A stretch of DNA of 64,000 nucleotides, from the NCBI GenBank assembly GCA_046593725.1, contig JBKJQY010000021.1, positions 12,179 to 76,178 on the forward strand, in the 5' to 3' direction. Under the pieces are notes generated by a model, which was given only the letters and a program-made list of their open reading frames with translations, made no database searches and had not been told where the DNA came from. A program made the position numbers and the translations under genes. Below, piece after piece: positions 44,464-54,001 of the stretch (position 1 is the first letter of the stretch; every line of letters starts with the position of its first letter). Origin of the DNA: Candidatus Limnocylindrales bacterium (GTDB lineage: Bacteria; Chloroflexota; Limnocylindria; Limnocylindrales; CSP1-4).

Positions 44464-46433
44464 CCGGAGGTCGGTGACCCTTCGAGGACGTGCGTCTTGA
44501 GGAACGCCAGGATCCGTTCGAAGGCGTCGCGCCGGTTCTCGCGCCGCTGCCAACCGTGGCCTTCCTCGTCGTACCAGTGGACCTCGTAGGTCTTGCCCTC
44601 GATGTCAAGGGCCTCGACCATCCGCTCGGTCATCAGCGGGACGACGCGCTTGTCCTTGCGGCCGTGGAGCAGGAGCAGCGGCGCCTCGATCCGCTCAGCA
44701 CGGTAGACCGGTGATCCGCGACGGAACGATCCGGTGCGCGCGGCATCGTCCGGCGAGCCCATCTGGCGGTGGAGGTCCAGGCGACCCACCCGATCGCCGT
44801 GCCGATAGCTCTCCGCGATCTCCGAGTCGCCGAACAGGTCCACGCCGGCCGACCACATCGCCGGCTCCTCGACGAGCGCGCACAGGACGACGTAGCCCCC
44901 ATACGACCCGCCGTAGATCGCCAGCCGGCCATCGGACCACGGCTGCTGGGTCGCCCAACGGGCGGCATCGATGACGTCGTGGATGTCGGCATGACCCCAC
45001 TCATCGCGATTGCCTTCGCGAAAGGTGCGGCCGTAGCCGGTCGAGCCGCGGAAGTCGACATCGAGGGTGGCGTAGCCCTCGGCGGCCAGCAGGCGCTTGA
45101 ACGGCGCGAAGGCGCGGAACGTCTGCGAGGTGGGTCCGCCGTGGGGGTAGACGACGGTGGGCACGCGACGACCGCCACGCTTGCCCGTGGCCGCGACCGG
45201 CCGATGGAGGTTGCCCTCGAGGCGCAGGCCGTCGCGCGCCGTGATCGCGAACCGCTCCACGACCGGTCCCTTGCCGGGCGCCAGCCACGGTCGGATGGCC
45301 ATCGGCAGGGAGTTGGTCACCTGACGAGGTCGAGCATCGTCCGCCGCGACACCGGATACGGGCAGCAGCCACAGATCCTGCGGACGGTCCTCGCTCTCGC
45401 CGATCGCGGCCACCCACTCGCCGTCCGCAGACCAACCGACCGCGCGCCAGACGCCATCCCATGGGTCGAGCCGCCGGCTCACGCCGGCGGCGCTGACCGT
45501 CCGAGGCGTCTTGGGCGGTCGTCCGCGTCCGCGCTTGGGGGCCGGCCCCGCCGCCGTAGAGGCGACCATCAGGTCCTGCAGCCCGTCGTGGACCTCGATG
45601 TGGACGAACCGGCTGCCGTCCGGAGACGGGAGCGGGACGTACCCCACGCTGCCGCCAGGTTCGCCGTGCTCGCGCTCGCCGCCGGTCAGGACGATCCGCT
45701 CGCGTCCGTCCGCCGAGCGACGGATGACCTGGAACCAGCCACTCTCGTCGCTCACGTAGAGCATCGACCCATCGCTCATCCATGTCCCACCGGTGGCACA
45801 CGCATCCTCGCCGGCGACGATCTTCGACGTCCCGGATGCGACATCCACGATGGCGATCTCGGCGGCGGCCGGGTGGGTCGGGTCGTGACGCGCCATCACG
45901 GCGAGACGCGCAGCGTCGGGCGCCCAGCTGAACGAGTCGACATCGAGTCCGGTCTGCGTGATCGCGTGGGCGACCGGGGGCTTCGGATCGTTGGCCGGCC
46001 GGCCGCGGCGGGGTACCGGGGCATCGATGAGCCATAGCTGCGACCACCCGCGGCGACGCGACAGGAACGCCAATCGGCCGCCGTCCGGCGACCAGCGGGC
46101 CTCCGTCCCGCCACCGGGCTTGGCGACGACCAGTGTCGTCCGCGAGCCGTCGGCCTCGACGACCCAGATCTCGCCGTCGCGGACGTACGCCAGGCGCCGA
46201 CCGTCAGGGGACCATTGCGGGTCCGAGACGTCCTTGTCGGATGCCGTCACCTGGACCGGATGCCCGCCGCGCAGCTCAAGACGGAAGAGCTGCCGCGCGC
46301 CAGCCCGTTCAGCTGTGTAGGCGACGCTCCGGTCCCGCGGGTGCATCCGGAACTCGCGCGGGGCGTCGATCGCGACGATCGCCGCGATCGTCAGTCCGGT
46401 CGTCGGGCCGGCCGGCTTGGGAGAGGTCGCCAT
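44460..46433 (-). CDS. S9-family peptidase (beta-propeller plus alpha/beta-hydrolase; acylaminoacyl/dipeptidyl peptidase type)
   Basis: ORF 44460..46535, ATG 46433. WSPDG propeller blades; nucleophile elbow GGSYGGY; HG…D…V and a C-terminal His context. Confidence 0.85.
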   Translation of the reverse strand: MATSPKPAGPTTGLTIAAIVAIDAPREFRMHPRDRSVAYTAERAGARQLFRLELRGGHPVQVTASDKDVSDPQWSPDGRRLAYVRDGEIWVVEADGSRTTLVVAKPGGGTEARWSPDGGRLAFLSRRRGWSQLWLIDAPVPRRGRPANDPKPPVAHAITQTGLDVDSFSWAPDAARLAVMARHDPTHPAAAEIAIVDVASGTSKIVAGEDACATGGTWMSDGSMLYVSDESGWFQVIRRSADGRERIVLTGGEREHGEPGGSVGYVPLPSPDGSRFVHIEVHDGLQDLMVASTAAGPAPKRGRGRPPKTPRTVSAAGVSRRLDPWDGVWRAVGWSADGEWVAAIGESEDRPQDLWLLPVSGVAADDARPRQVTNSLPMAIRPWLAPGKGPVVERFAITARDGLRLEGNLHRPVAATGKRGGRRVPTVVYPHGGPTSQTFRAFAPFKRLLAAEGYATLDVDFRGSTGYGRTFREGNRDEWGHADIHDVIDAARWATQQPWSDGRLAIYGGSYGGYVVLCALVEEPAMWSAGVDLFGDSEIAESYRHGDRVGRLDLHRQMGSPDDAARTGSFRRGSPVYRAERIEAPLLLLHGRKDKRVVPLMTERMVEALDIEGKTYEVHWYDEEGHGWQRRENRRDAFERILAFLKTHVLEGSPTSG

Positions 46434-47488
46434 CAGTCGCCGGCCCCCGGCCAGGTCTGCGCAGCGCACCACGGCCCGACGAGCGCGAGGTGCTTGCGGG
46501 CGTGCCCGTGCAGGCAGTCGTAGGTCCAGGCCCAACCATCGGCGGAGCGCAGGTCATCGACCGACAGCGTCGCGATCGCCGTCAGCAGGTCGGTCCGGAG
46601 GGCGTCGTAGCGGGCCAGGGTCTCGGCCTTGGAACTGCCACGCGTGCGCACGACCATCCGTTCGTTCCAGGCATCCAGGCCCTCCTCCGGGTCGGACGGC
46701 CAGTCCCCGCGACGCACGAAGACGTCGATCGCCCGGATCCCTTCCTCGGCCCAGTCGCCGAGGTGCGCCACGTGGTCGCGCAACGTCCAGCGTGGCGTCA
46801 GTTCCTGGGCGTCCCAGCGGTCAGCGGCGATCGGTCGGATGAGCCGGTCGAAGTCTGCGACCACGGCAGCGTCCTGGGCGATGAGTCCGGCATGGTCTGC
46901 CGGTCGTGGATCCTCGATGAACGGATCCCCATCGTTCTGGCGGATGCGGAGTGCGTCGTCCCAGGCTGCCACGATGCCCAGGTGATCCAGATAGTGCCCA
47001 TGGAGGGTCATGAACACCCAGCCCCAGGCTGCGTCGCCGCGGATCTCGGCATCCGTGAGGCGCCCCACCGCGGCGATCAGCGCCGCTCGCGAGGTCGTGA
47101 ACCGCGCGAGGATGGCGTCGCGAGACATCGTCGTCCATGGCACGCGGTGGCGTTCGTTGAAGCGGTCGAAGTCGCCGTCGTCGAAGTCGGTGTCGGCCGG
47201 CCAGCGACCGGTCTCCGCCGCCACGGTCGTGTAACCGGTGGCGAGCTCCTGCCAGAGGACGATGTGGCCGACGTGCTCGGCCAGGGACCAGTCCGGGCCG
47301 CCCGCATCGGACGGCGCCGCACCGGGCACGTGCCAGGCCGCGTCGTCAAGGCCCGCCCACGAGGCGCGCATCCGGTCGTACAGCGCAGCCTCGTCGTCCC
47401 ACAGGTCGCGCGACGACGAGCGCAGGCTGATGGCGCGCACGTCGGCCAGGGGCGCGCGACGCAGGTCCGTCGCGGTCGCGTCGATCAT
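46433..47488 (-). CDS. protein with two tandem DinB/ClbS-like helical-bundle repeats
   Basis: ORF 46433..47578, ATG 47488 (ATGA overlap with the proC stop). Internal repeat: W(S/T)L..HV.H… and LHGH…HL occur in both halves. Confidence 0.55.
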   Translation of the reverse strand: MIDATATDLRRAPLADVRAISLRSSSRDLWDDEAALYDRMRASWAGLDDAAWHVPGAAPSDAGGPDWSLAEHVGHIVLWQELATGYTTVAAETGRWPADTDFDDGDFDRFNERHRVPWTTMSRDAILARFTTSRAALIAAVGRLTDAEIRGDAAWGWVFMTLHGHYLDHLGIVAAWDDALRIRQNDGDPFIEDPRPADHAGLIAQDAAVVADFDRLIRPIAADRWDAQELTPRWTLRDHVAHLGDWAEEGIRAIDVFVRRGDWPSDPEEGLDAWNERMVVRTRGSSKAETLARYDALRTDLLTAIATLSVDDLRSADGWAWTYDCLHGHARKHLALVGPWCAAQTWPGAGD

Positions 47489-48357
47489 CGCCCGCCCGGG
47501 CGTCCCTTGCCCTGGGGATCCGTCACGCTGGCCTCGAGCTGGTCGCCAAGCTCCACGGTCCGCCGATAGGCGGCCCACACCGCCTCGGAGAGGACCGTGC
47601 GGAGGCGCCCCGACTCCAGCTCATGGAGTGCCGCCGCCGAGGTCCCGCCCGGGGACGTGACCATGTTGCGGAGCTCGGCGGGGTGCATCCCGGATTGCTT
47701 GGCGAAGAGGGTCGAGCCTTCCAGGGTCTCGATGACGAGATCGTGGGCGACGTGGCGCGGGAACCCCAGATGGACGGCCGCATCGATGAGGGCCTCCATG
47801 ACGAGGAACACGTAGGTGGGGCCTGTGCCGGAGACGGCCGTGGCCATCGCGACGAACTTCTCGTCGTCCACCTCGAGCTCGGCGCCGAGTGCGCCAAGCA
47901 AGGCTGCGGCCTGGGCTCGCTGATCGGCAGTCGTCTCGGGCGTCGCGTACCAGACGGTCATCCCCTTGCCCAGGCGAGCCGGCGTGTTCGGCATGCTCCT
48001 GACGACCTGATCGTGGCCGAGCAATCCGGTCAGCGCGGCGGTCGTGGCGCCGGCCAGCACGCTCAGGACGAGCTGCCCGCGGTCAAGGTGCGGGCCGATC
48101 TCGCGCCCGACCCGGCCCAGCATCTGCGGCTTGATCCCGAGCAGGATGACGTCTGCGCCCGCGACCGCCTCCACGTTGGACGCGACCGTCCGGATCCCGT
48201 AGTCGCGGGCCAGTGCCTCCCGGCGCTCTGCCCGGGGATGGCTGGCGACGACCTGGTCCGGCGTGACGAGCTGGCCGCGGAGCAGGCCGGCGATCATCGC
48301 CTCCGCCATGACGCCGGAGCCGACCGTCGCGATGGTGCGCTGCTGCAGGGGTGACAT
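47485..48357 (-). CDS. proC: pyrroline-5-carboxylate reductase
   Basis: ORF 47485..48750, ATG 48357. IATVGSGVMAEAMIAGL, …RSMPNTPA…, …MVTSPGGTSAAAL. Confidence 0.9.
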   Translation of the reverse strand: MSPLQQRTIATVGSGVMAEAMIAGLLRGQLVTPDQVVASHPRAERREALARDYGIRTVASNVEAVAGADVILLGIKPQMLGRVGREIGPHLDRGQLVLSVLAGATTAALTGLLGHDQVVRSMPNTPARLGKGMTVWYATPETTADQRAQAAALLGALGAELEVDDEKFVAMATAVSGTGPTYVFLVMEALIDAAVHLGFPRHVAHDLVIETLEGSTLFAKQSGMHPAELRNMVTSPGGTSAAALHELESGRLRTVLSEAVWAAYRRTVELGDQLEASVTDPQGKGRPGGR

Positions 48358-48365
48358 GAGGCCGG

Positions 48366-48371
48366 AGTATA
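48366..48371 (-). promoter_or_regulatory. TATACT -10 hexamer 8 nt upstream of the proC ATG (leaderless-type arrangement)
   Basis: Minus strand cTATACTCCGGCCTCATG. No Shine-Dalgarno is possible in 8 nt. Confidence 0.3.
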
Positions 48372-48395
48372 GCGGGGCGCCATCGCCCTTCCGGC

Positions 48396-49316
48396 TCATC
48401 GGGCCCGCCCGCTGCCCAGGATGAAGAACCGGCCGGTCGTCGTCACCGAGACGTCCTCGAAGCCCGCGGCCGTCAGCGCCGCGCGCATTTCCTGGCGGTC
48501 GCGGTAGACCTTGACGACCCTGAATGAGCGGCCGTCGGCGAGTCGGCGGGTAGAGACCCCGCCCACGTTGGCGGTCCGGTCGGCCGTCCCCGACTGCGGA
48601 TCGTCCAGCGAATCGATGAAGGCGAAGGTGCCGCCCGGCTTCAGCCAGCGCTTCGCTAGGCCCAGGAAGTCCCCCAGTCGCTCCGACGTGATGTGGCTGA
48701 GCCAGAAGCCCGTGAACAGGGCGTCCACCGGACGGTCCGGCTCGGCCCACGCGTCGCGGACGTGCAGGTGCGCCCGAAGGTCATGGGCGACCAGGCGGTC
48801 GCGCGCCCGTGCAAGTGGCGCATCGCTCGCGTCGTACAGGGCCAGGTCGCCCTTCGTGGCCAACAGCGGGGACCACCAGCCGGTCCCGGCGGCCAGCTCG
48901 ACGATCTCGCCTTCGATCGGGAGCCCGTCCAGCCACCGTCCAGCGGCGTCCAGCTCCGCGTTCCAGGCCGCATCGTGGATCGGCCCGTGCGTATAGCGGC
49001 CGCGGCGCAGATACCAGTCGTCGTACTCGGGCGCACGAGCCTCGTAGTACGCGACCATCTCGCGGTCCGGGTCAGGGACCGGGACGACCGGGACGACCGG
49101 GACGGGATCGGCGACCGCTGCGGTCGGACTCGCGCCATGCGCCGCCGCACCTCGCTCCGCGATGGCCTGGTGGAGCCGGAACCGCAGGAAGCTGTTGTCG
49201 CCGGCCTTGCCGACGCAGTCCGGACACAGTTGCGCCCAGCCCTCAAGGTCGTCCGACCCGCGGGTCGTATGCGCGGCGCCACACCACAGGCAGGCGAAGC
49301 TGGCCCGGAACGGCAT
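48396..49316 (-). CDS. class I SAM-dependent methyltransferase with an N-terminal Cys4 zinc-ribbon-like segment
   Basis: ORF 48396..49421, ATG 49316. CLWCG…CPDC, then VELAAGTGWW (motif I). The linker carries a VPVVPVVPVP repeat. Confidence 0.75.
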   Translation of the reverse strand: MPFRASFACLWCGAAHTTRGSDDLEGWAQLCPDCVGKAGDNSFLRFRLHQAIAERGAAAHGASPTAAVADPVPVVPVVPVPDPDREMVAYYEARAPEYDDWYLRRGRYTHGPIHDAAWNAELDAAGRWLDGLPIEGEIVELAAGTGWWSPLLATKGDLALYDASDAPLARARDRLVAHDLRAHLHVRDAWAEPDRPVDALFTGFWLSHITSERLGDFLGLAKRWLKPGGTFAFIDSLDDPQSGTADRTANVGGVSTRRLADGRSFRVVKVYRDRQEMRAALTAAGFEDVSVTTTGRFFILGSGRAR

Positions 49317-49332
49317 GGTGTGTCGAGACCCC

Positions 49333-50262
49333 TCAGGCCTGGATCGGTGTCCAGGACCCTCGAGGCGCGACGTCCACGAACGCGTCGGGGTCGAGGATCT
49401 CCGCCAGCAGCTCGATGCCATCGATCACCCGTGGGCCCGGCCGACTGAAGTAGGACGACCCGTCCACCGCAAAGACCTGGCCGCGGCGAACGGCGGTCAG
49501 CTCGCGATACCAGGTGGGCTTGGGGGTCCGCGACCACTCGCTGACGGTCTCCGGCAGGTGCAGGCCGCAGGGCATGAGGATGAGCATCTCCGGGTCTACC
49601 TCGGCCACGGCATCCCATGAGATCTCGCGCGATCGCTCGCCGTCCGAACCCAGGAGGTCCCAGCCACCGGCCCGGCGGATCTGCTCCGGGACCCAGTGCC
49701 CGGCCGAGAACGGCGGGTCGAGCCATTCGAGGGCCACGACGCGGATGGCGGATCGCCCGGAGTCGCGCCGGGCCTCGACCAGCGCCTCGATGGCGCCGAG
49801 CCGTTCGCGCAGTGAGGCGACGAGCTCCATCGCCTCATCCTCCGCCTCCGCCATGGCGCCGACGGTCGCGATCGCGTTGAGGATGCCCTCGATCGACGTC
49901 GGTTCGAGCGAGACGACGGTCGTTTCCGCATCCAGCGTGCGAGCGACGGCGTTGACCTCGCGGTAGCTGACCGCGCAGACCCGGCACAGCTCCTGGGTCA
50001 GGATGAGGTCCGGTTCGGCCGCGGCCAGGGCCGATTCGTCAAGGACGTAGAGCGAGGAACCGCCGTGCATCGCGCTCACGACCCGTGTGTGGATCTCGCG
50101 CGACGAGGCGCCCGGGTCGTCCTGGACGTTGCGCGTCATGACCGGCTTGCCGATCGCCTCCGGCGGCCAGTCACACTCGTGGGTGACGCCGACGAGTTCA
50201 TCGCCCAGCCCGATGGCGCACACGATCTCCGTGGCGGACGGCAACAGCGAGACGATGCGCAT
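49333..50262 (-). CDS. BtuF/FhuD-like (class III) substrate-binding-fold protein without a signal peptide
   Basis: 309-aa ORF; MRIVSLLPSATEIVCAIGLGDELVGVTHECDWP. Confidence 0.7.
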   Translation of the reverse strand: MRIVSLLPSATEIVCAIGLGDELVGVTHECDWPPEAIGKPVMTRNVQDDPGASSREIHTRVVSAMHGGSSLYVLDESALAAAEPDLILTQELCRVCAVSYREVNAVARTLDAETTVVSLEPTSIEGILNAIATVGAMAEAEDEAMELVASLRERLGAIEALVEARRDSGRSAIRVVALEWLDPPFSAGHWVPEQIRRAGGWDLLGSDGERSREISWDAVAEVDPEMLILMPCGLHLPETVSEWSRTPKPTWYRELTAVRRGQVFAVDGSSYFSRPGPRVIDGIELLAEILDPDAFVDVAPRGSWTPIQA

Positions 50263-50313
50263 CGGGCCTCCGATCAGGCGATCCGGCCCTGGCCCGGCGT
50301 CCCGGGCGGACGA

Positions 50314-50601
50314 TCAGCGGGGCTTGGCGGCGTCGATGGCGGCCCGGGCGGCCGCCTTGTCCGTATACCAGATGGCGTCGATCGCCGTGTAGTTCGCCCA
50401 TTCCGGAGGGAGGGACTCCTCCGGGAAGATGGCGTTGACCGGGCACTCCGGTTCGCACGCGCCGCAGTCGATGCATTCGTTCGGATCGATCACCAGCTTG
50501 CGATCCACGCCTTCTTCGAAATGGATGCAATCGACCGGGCAGACCGAGACGCACGAGACGTCGAGCACATCGATGCACGGCTCGGCGATCACGTATGTCA
50601 T
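50314..50601 (-). CDS. fdxA: ferredoxin (7Fe/2x[4Fe-4S]-type)
   Basis: 95-aa ORF; [12 protein letters not shown]…[10 protein letters not shown]…[12 protein letters not shown]. Confidence 0.9.
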   Translation of the reverse strand: MTYVIAEPCIDVLDVSCVSVCPVDCIHFEEGVDRKLVIDPNECIDCGACEPECPVNAIFPEESLPPEWANYTAIDAIWYTDKAAARAAIDAAKPR

Positions 50602-50675
50602 CCAGACTCCTCCTGAAGGTAGCCGGTCACCAGAAGCTCGACCGGCGGGTCAACGGAATGTACCACTCGGGAGGC

Positions 50676-51173
50676 TCAGGGTGCCGGAACCCAGCGAACC
50701 GGGATCGTCATCCCCTTTTCGAGGTGGCCGGGGATGTGGCACTGGACGAGGTAGGGATCCGCGTCGAGCGGGATGGTCCAGACGAGGTCCACGCGCTGTC
50801 CGGAGGTGACGACGAGCCGGATCCCCGCCACGTTTGGCGACACGCTGACGACGGGGGTCGGGCCAGGCGGGGCTTCGTCGGTGCCGGACTCCGCGTCTGC
50901 CCAGGCGGCCTGCGTTGCCACATCGCCGATGATGGCCTCGTGCGTGGCGAGGCCACCGTTGACGACGTGCAGCAGCACCGTCTCGCCCGGGACGAGGTCG
51001 AGGACGTCCGGCAGGAACGAGTAGTCCTTGGCGATCAGGTTGACCTCGCGTGGGCTCGCGGAACCGCCGGGCACGATGGGCGGGGTCGCCGGCGGTGGAC
51101 CGGCATCGCACGCGGCAAGCGCCACGACCAGGATGGCGAGGGCCAGCCAGGGGTGGGAACGGCGGGGAGTCAC
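50676..51173 (-). CDS. cupredoxin-fold lipoprotein (type-1 copper site)
   Basis: 165-aa ORF; lipobox LAAC; ligand pattern …THEA… and C-x4-H-x4-M (QCHIPGHLEKGM). Confidence 0.75.
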   Translation of the reverse strand: MTPRRSHPWLALAILVVALAACDAGPPPATPPIVPGGSASPREVNLIAKDYSFLPDVLDLVPGETVLLHVVNGGLATHEAIIGDVATQAAWADAESGTDEAPPGPTPVVSVSPNVAGIRLVVTSGQRVDLVWTIPLDADPYLVQCHIPGHLEKGMTIPVRWVPAP

Positions 51174-51241
51174 GGCCGAAGTCTAGGGGTGGCCGGGCGC
51201 GCGGGCCGGGCAGGCTCCCACCGGCTTGCTCCCCCCGCGGC

Positions 51242-51438
51242 TTGCATGAGATGCAACCATGGTCGGCCGAGCGTGCTGAACGGGCTCGAATATGCAGATT
51301 CCTCGTATCCAGCGCAACGGAGCTACACGTCGTGCTCGAAACTTGCGCCGGATGCAACCCGAAGGGTCTCCCGACGACCCCTGCCGACAGTGCTTGCATC
51401 CGATGCAACGCGATGCAGGATCCTTGCATCCCACGCAA
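51242..51438. promoter_or_regulatory. array of four 15-bp dyads of type TTGCAT-N3-ATGCAA
   Basis: 51242 TTGCATGAGATGCAA (perfect); 51343 TTGCGCCGGATGCAA; 51394 TTGCATCCGATGCAA (perfect); 51424 TTGCATCCCACGCAA. Also an everted ATGCAGGATCCTTGCAT at 51413. Confidence 0.5.
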
Positions 51439-51628
51439 CTGACCGAACACCGGCGCCCGCTCCACCCTGCGCGGCCGCCCACATCTGCCGCGATCTCGCT
51501 TGACATGGCCCGGACCGAACGGCACAGTGCGGCGACCCGGACCGGCAGCGCGTGACCGGCCCAGCTTTCCCAGTTCGAGGTCCTGCTTGGCGATCCCGAC
51601 CGACAGTCGCGAACCGGCAACGAGCTCG

Positions 51629-52756
51629 ATGGCCCGCTCCGTCGCCGTCCGTCTCGAGGGTGTCGTCAAGACCTTCGGTGATGATGATGCCGGCCGGCGG
51701 GTGGCCAAGGCCATCGACGCGGCGCCCGGCGATGCCATCACCGCGGTGGCGGGCATCGATCTCGACATCTACGACGGCGAGTTCTTCTCGATGCTCGGCC
51801 CGTCCGGCTCCGGCAAGACGACCACCCTGCGGATGATCGCCGGCTTCGAGTTGCCGACGAGTGGCCGGATCCTGCTGCACGGCGAGGACGTCTCGTCCAA
51901 GCCTCCGTTCGATCGCGACGTGAACACGGTCTTCCAGGACTACGCGCTCTTCCCGCACATGACCGTGGGGGATAACGTGGGGTACGGCCTGATGGTGCGC
52001 AAGGTCCCGAAATCGGAGCGCGCGGCCCGGGTGGCCGACGCCCTGCGCATGGTCCGCCTGGAGGGCTACGACAACCGAAAGCCCGGCCAGCTGTCCGGTG
52101 GCCAGCGCCAACGCGTCGCGCTGGCTCGAGCCCTCGTCAACCGGCCGCGCGTGCTGCTCCTCGACGAGCCGCTGGGCGCCCTGGATCTCAAGCTCCGCGA
52201 GGAGATGCAGATCGAGCTCAAGGCCATCCAGCAGGCCGTGGGCATCACCTTTGTCTACGTCACCCACGACCAGCAGGAGGCGCTCACGATGAGCGACCGC
52301 CTCGCGGTCTTCAACAAGGGCCGGATCGAGCAGGTCGGCGCCCCGGCCGACGTATATGAGCATCCCGCGACCCGGTTCGTGGCCGGCTTCGTGGGGACGT
52401 CGAACCTGCTCAGCGGCGATGTGGCACAGGCCATCGTGGGGACCCGCGGCACGTTTACGATCCGGCCGGAGAAGATCCGCCTGGCGGGACCCGAGGCGAC
52501 AGCGGAAGCGGATGAGACATCGGCGACCGGGACGATCCACGACGTGGTCTATCTCGGGCCCGATACGCGGTATATCGTGGCGCTCGACGTCGGTGGGCGA
52601 CTGGTGGTCACCCAGCAGAACCTGTCATCGACATCCACCGAAGCACTCGCGCAACAGGGCCGGGCGGTCCGGCTGATCTGGAAGCGACAGCACCAGCTCC
52701 TCGTCGCCGACGGTGGAGCACCGATCGAGGTAGTGGAGGAGGAGACGACATCGTGA
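51629..52756 (+). CDS. ABC transporter ATP-binding protein (PotA-like)
   Basis: ORF 51500..52756, ATG 51629. GPSGSGKTT, LSGGQRQRVALARAL, LLLDEPL. Confidence 0.85.
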   Translation: MARSVAVRLEGVVKTFGDDDAGRRVAKAIDAAPGDAITAVAGIDLDIYDGEFFSMLGPSGSGKTTTLRMIAGFELPTSGRILLHGEDVSSKPPFDRDVNTVFQDYALFPHMTVGDNVGYGLMVRKVPKSERAARVADALRMVRLEGYDNRKPGQLSGGQRQRVALARALVNRPRVLLLDEPLGALDLKLREEMQIELKAIQQAVGITFVYVTHDQQEALTMSDRLAVFNKGRIEQVGAPADVYEHPATRFVAGFVGTSNLLSGDVAQAIVGTRGTFTIRPEKIRLAGPEATAEADETSATGTIHDVVYLGPDTRYIVALDVGGRLVVTQQNLSSTSTEALAQQGRAVRLIWKRQHQLLVADGGAPIEVVEEETTS

Positions 52757-53925
52757 ACATCCGAAAGGCGCTGGCACTGGCCGGTGCGATCGGCCTGTTG
52801 GCCGCAGCCTGTTCCGGCGCGTCCGGCACACCCAAGCCGAGCGTGCCCACGGAGCTCGGTAGCACCCAGGGACAGACGATCAACGTGCTGGCATGGCCCG
52901 GGTACGTCGAGGACGGCACGACCGACCCGGCAGTGGACTGGGTCACGGACTTCGAGAAGACGAGCGGCTGCTCGGTCAACTACCAGATCTTCGGGACCTC
53001 CGATGAGGCGTACACCCTGTACTCGACGAGCCCGGAACAGTTCGATGTCGTATCGGCATCCGGTGACGCCAGCTTGCGGCTGGTCCGCGGCGGGTTCGTG
53101 CAGCCGGTGAACCTTGCCCTGTTCAAGAACTATCCCGACATCTTCGAAGCCCTGAAGAACAAGCCGTACAACACCGTGGACGGGGTGCCCTACGGCGTGC
53201 CACACGGCCGTGGCTCCAACCTGTTGACGTGGCGGACCGACCTGGTCACGCCGGCCCCGACGACCTGGGCGGAGATGTTCGACCCGGCCAACGGGTACAA
53301 GGTGAGCGTCTACGACGCCCCGATCTACATCGCCGATGCGGCCGTCGTCCTGATGACGACAAAGCCCGAGCTGAAGATCAAGGACCCGTACGCCCTGGAC
53401 GACACCCAGTTCGCGGCAGCTGTTGACCTGCTCAAGCAGCAAAGGCCGTCGATCAAGCAGTACTGGGTGGACTACCTGAAGCAGATGGACGACCTGCGCA
53501 GCGGCAACGCGACCGTGGGCACGACCTGGCAGATCATCACGAACCTGCTCCAGGGCGAGGACCCGGCCGTTCCGGTCGAGGTCATCAAGCCGCCGGAAGG
53601 TGCGACCGGCTGGTCCGACACCTGGATGATCAACTCCAAGACCAAGAATCTGGCCTGCTCGTACGCCTTCATCGACCACCTGGTCTCCCCGGAGACCAAC
53701 GCCGCCATCGCCGAGTGGTTCGGCGAGGCGCCGGGCAACTCGAAGTCCTGCGCCCTCACCGTGGACCCGAACCACTGCACGATCTTCCATGCCGACGACG
53801 ATGCGTTCTGGAAGGACGTCTGGTTCTGGCGGACTCCGACCGTGGACTGTGTCGATGGCCGCACGGACGTCAAGTGCAAGGGCTTCGACGACTGGATCAA
53901 GGCGTGGACGGAGATCAAGGGCTGA
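52753..53925 (+). CDS. ABC substrate-binding lipoprotein (PotD/PotF-like, polyamine type)
   Basis: 390-aa ORF; lipobox LLAAC. General resemblance to the spermidine/putrescine-binding family. GTGA overlap with the ATPase stop. Confidence 0.75.
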   Translation: MNIRKALALAGAIGLLAAACSGASGTPKPSVPTELGSTQGQTINVLAWPGYVEDGTTDPAVDWVTDFEKTSGCSVNYQIFGTSDEAYTLYSTSPEQFDVVSASGDASLRLVRGGFVQPVNLALFKNYPDIFEALKNKPYNTVDGVPYGVPHGRGSNLLTWRTDLVTPAPTTWAEMFDPANGYKVSVYDAPIYIADAAVVLMTTKPELKIKDPYALDDTQFAAAVDLLKQQRPSIKQYWVDYLKQMDDLRSGNATVGTTWQIITNLLQGEDPAVPVEVIKPPEGATGWSDTWMINSKTKNLACSYAFIDHLVSPETNAAIAEWFGEAPGNSKSCALTVDPNHCTIFHADDDAFWKDVWFWRTPTVDCVDGRTDVKCKGFDDWIKAWTEIKG

Positions 53926-54001
53926 TCGCCGACTGACCTGAGCCGATCGAAGGCCCGGTGTCCGCGTCGCGGCGCCGGGCCTTCATCCATCCGATGGTGT
54001 C

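Noticed and set aside
49071-49100. 9-nt repeat GGGACGACC x2-3 inside the methyltransferase gene, and the 21-nt repeat at about 62968..63010.
   Set aside because: Both are in frame and encode Pro/Val or Ala/Pro/Gly linker repeats. They are ordinary low-complexity linkers, noted but not separate elements.
51242-51438. Reading TTGCAT as the -12 element of sigma-54 promoters.
   Set aside because: None of the four sites has the required GG 10 nt upstream of the GC. The dyad symmetry fits a dimeric regulator better.
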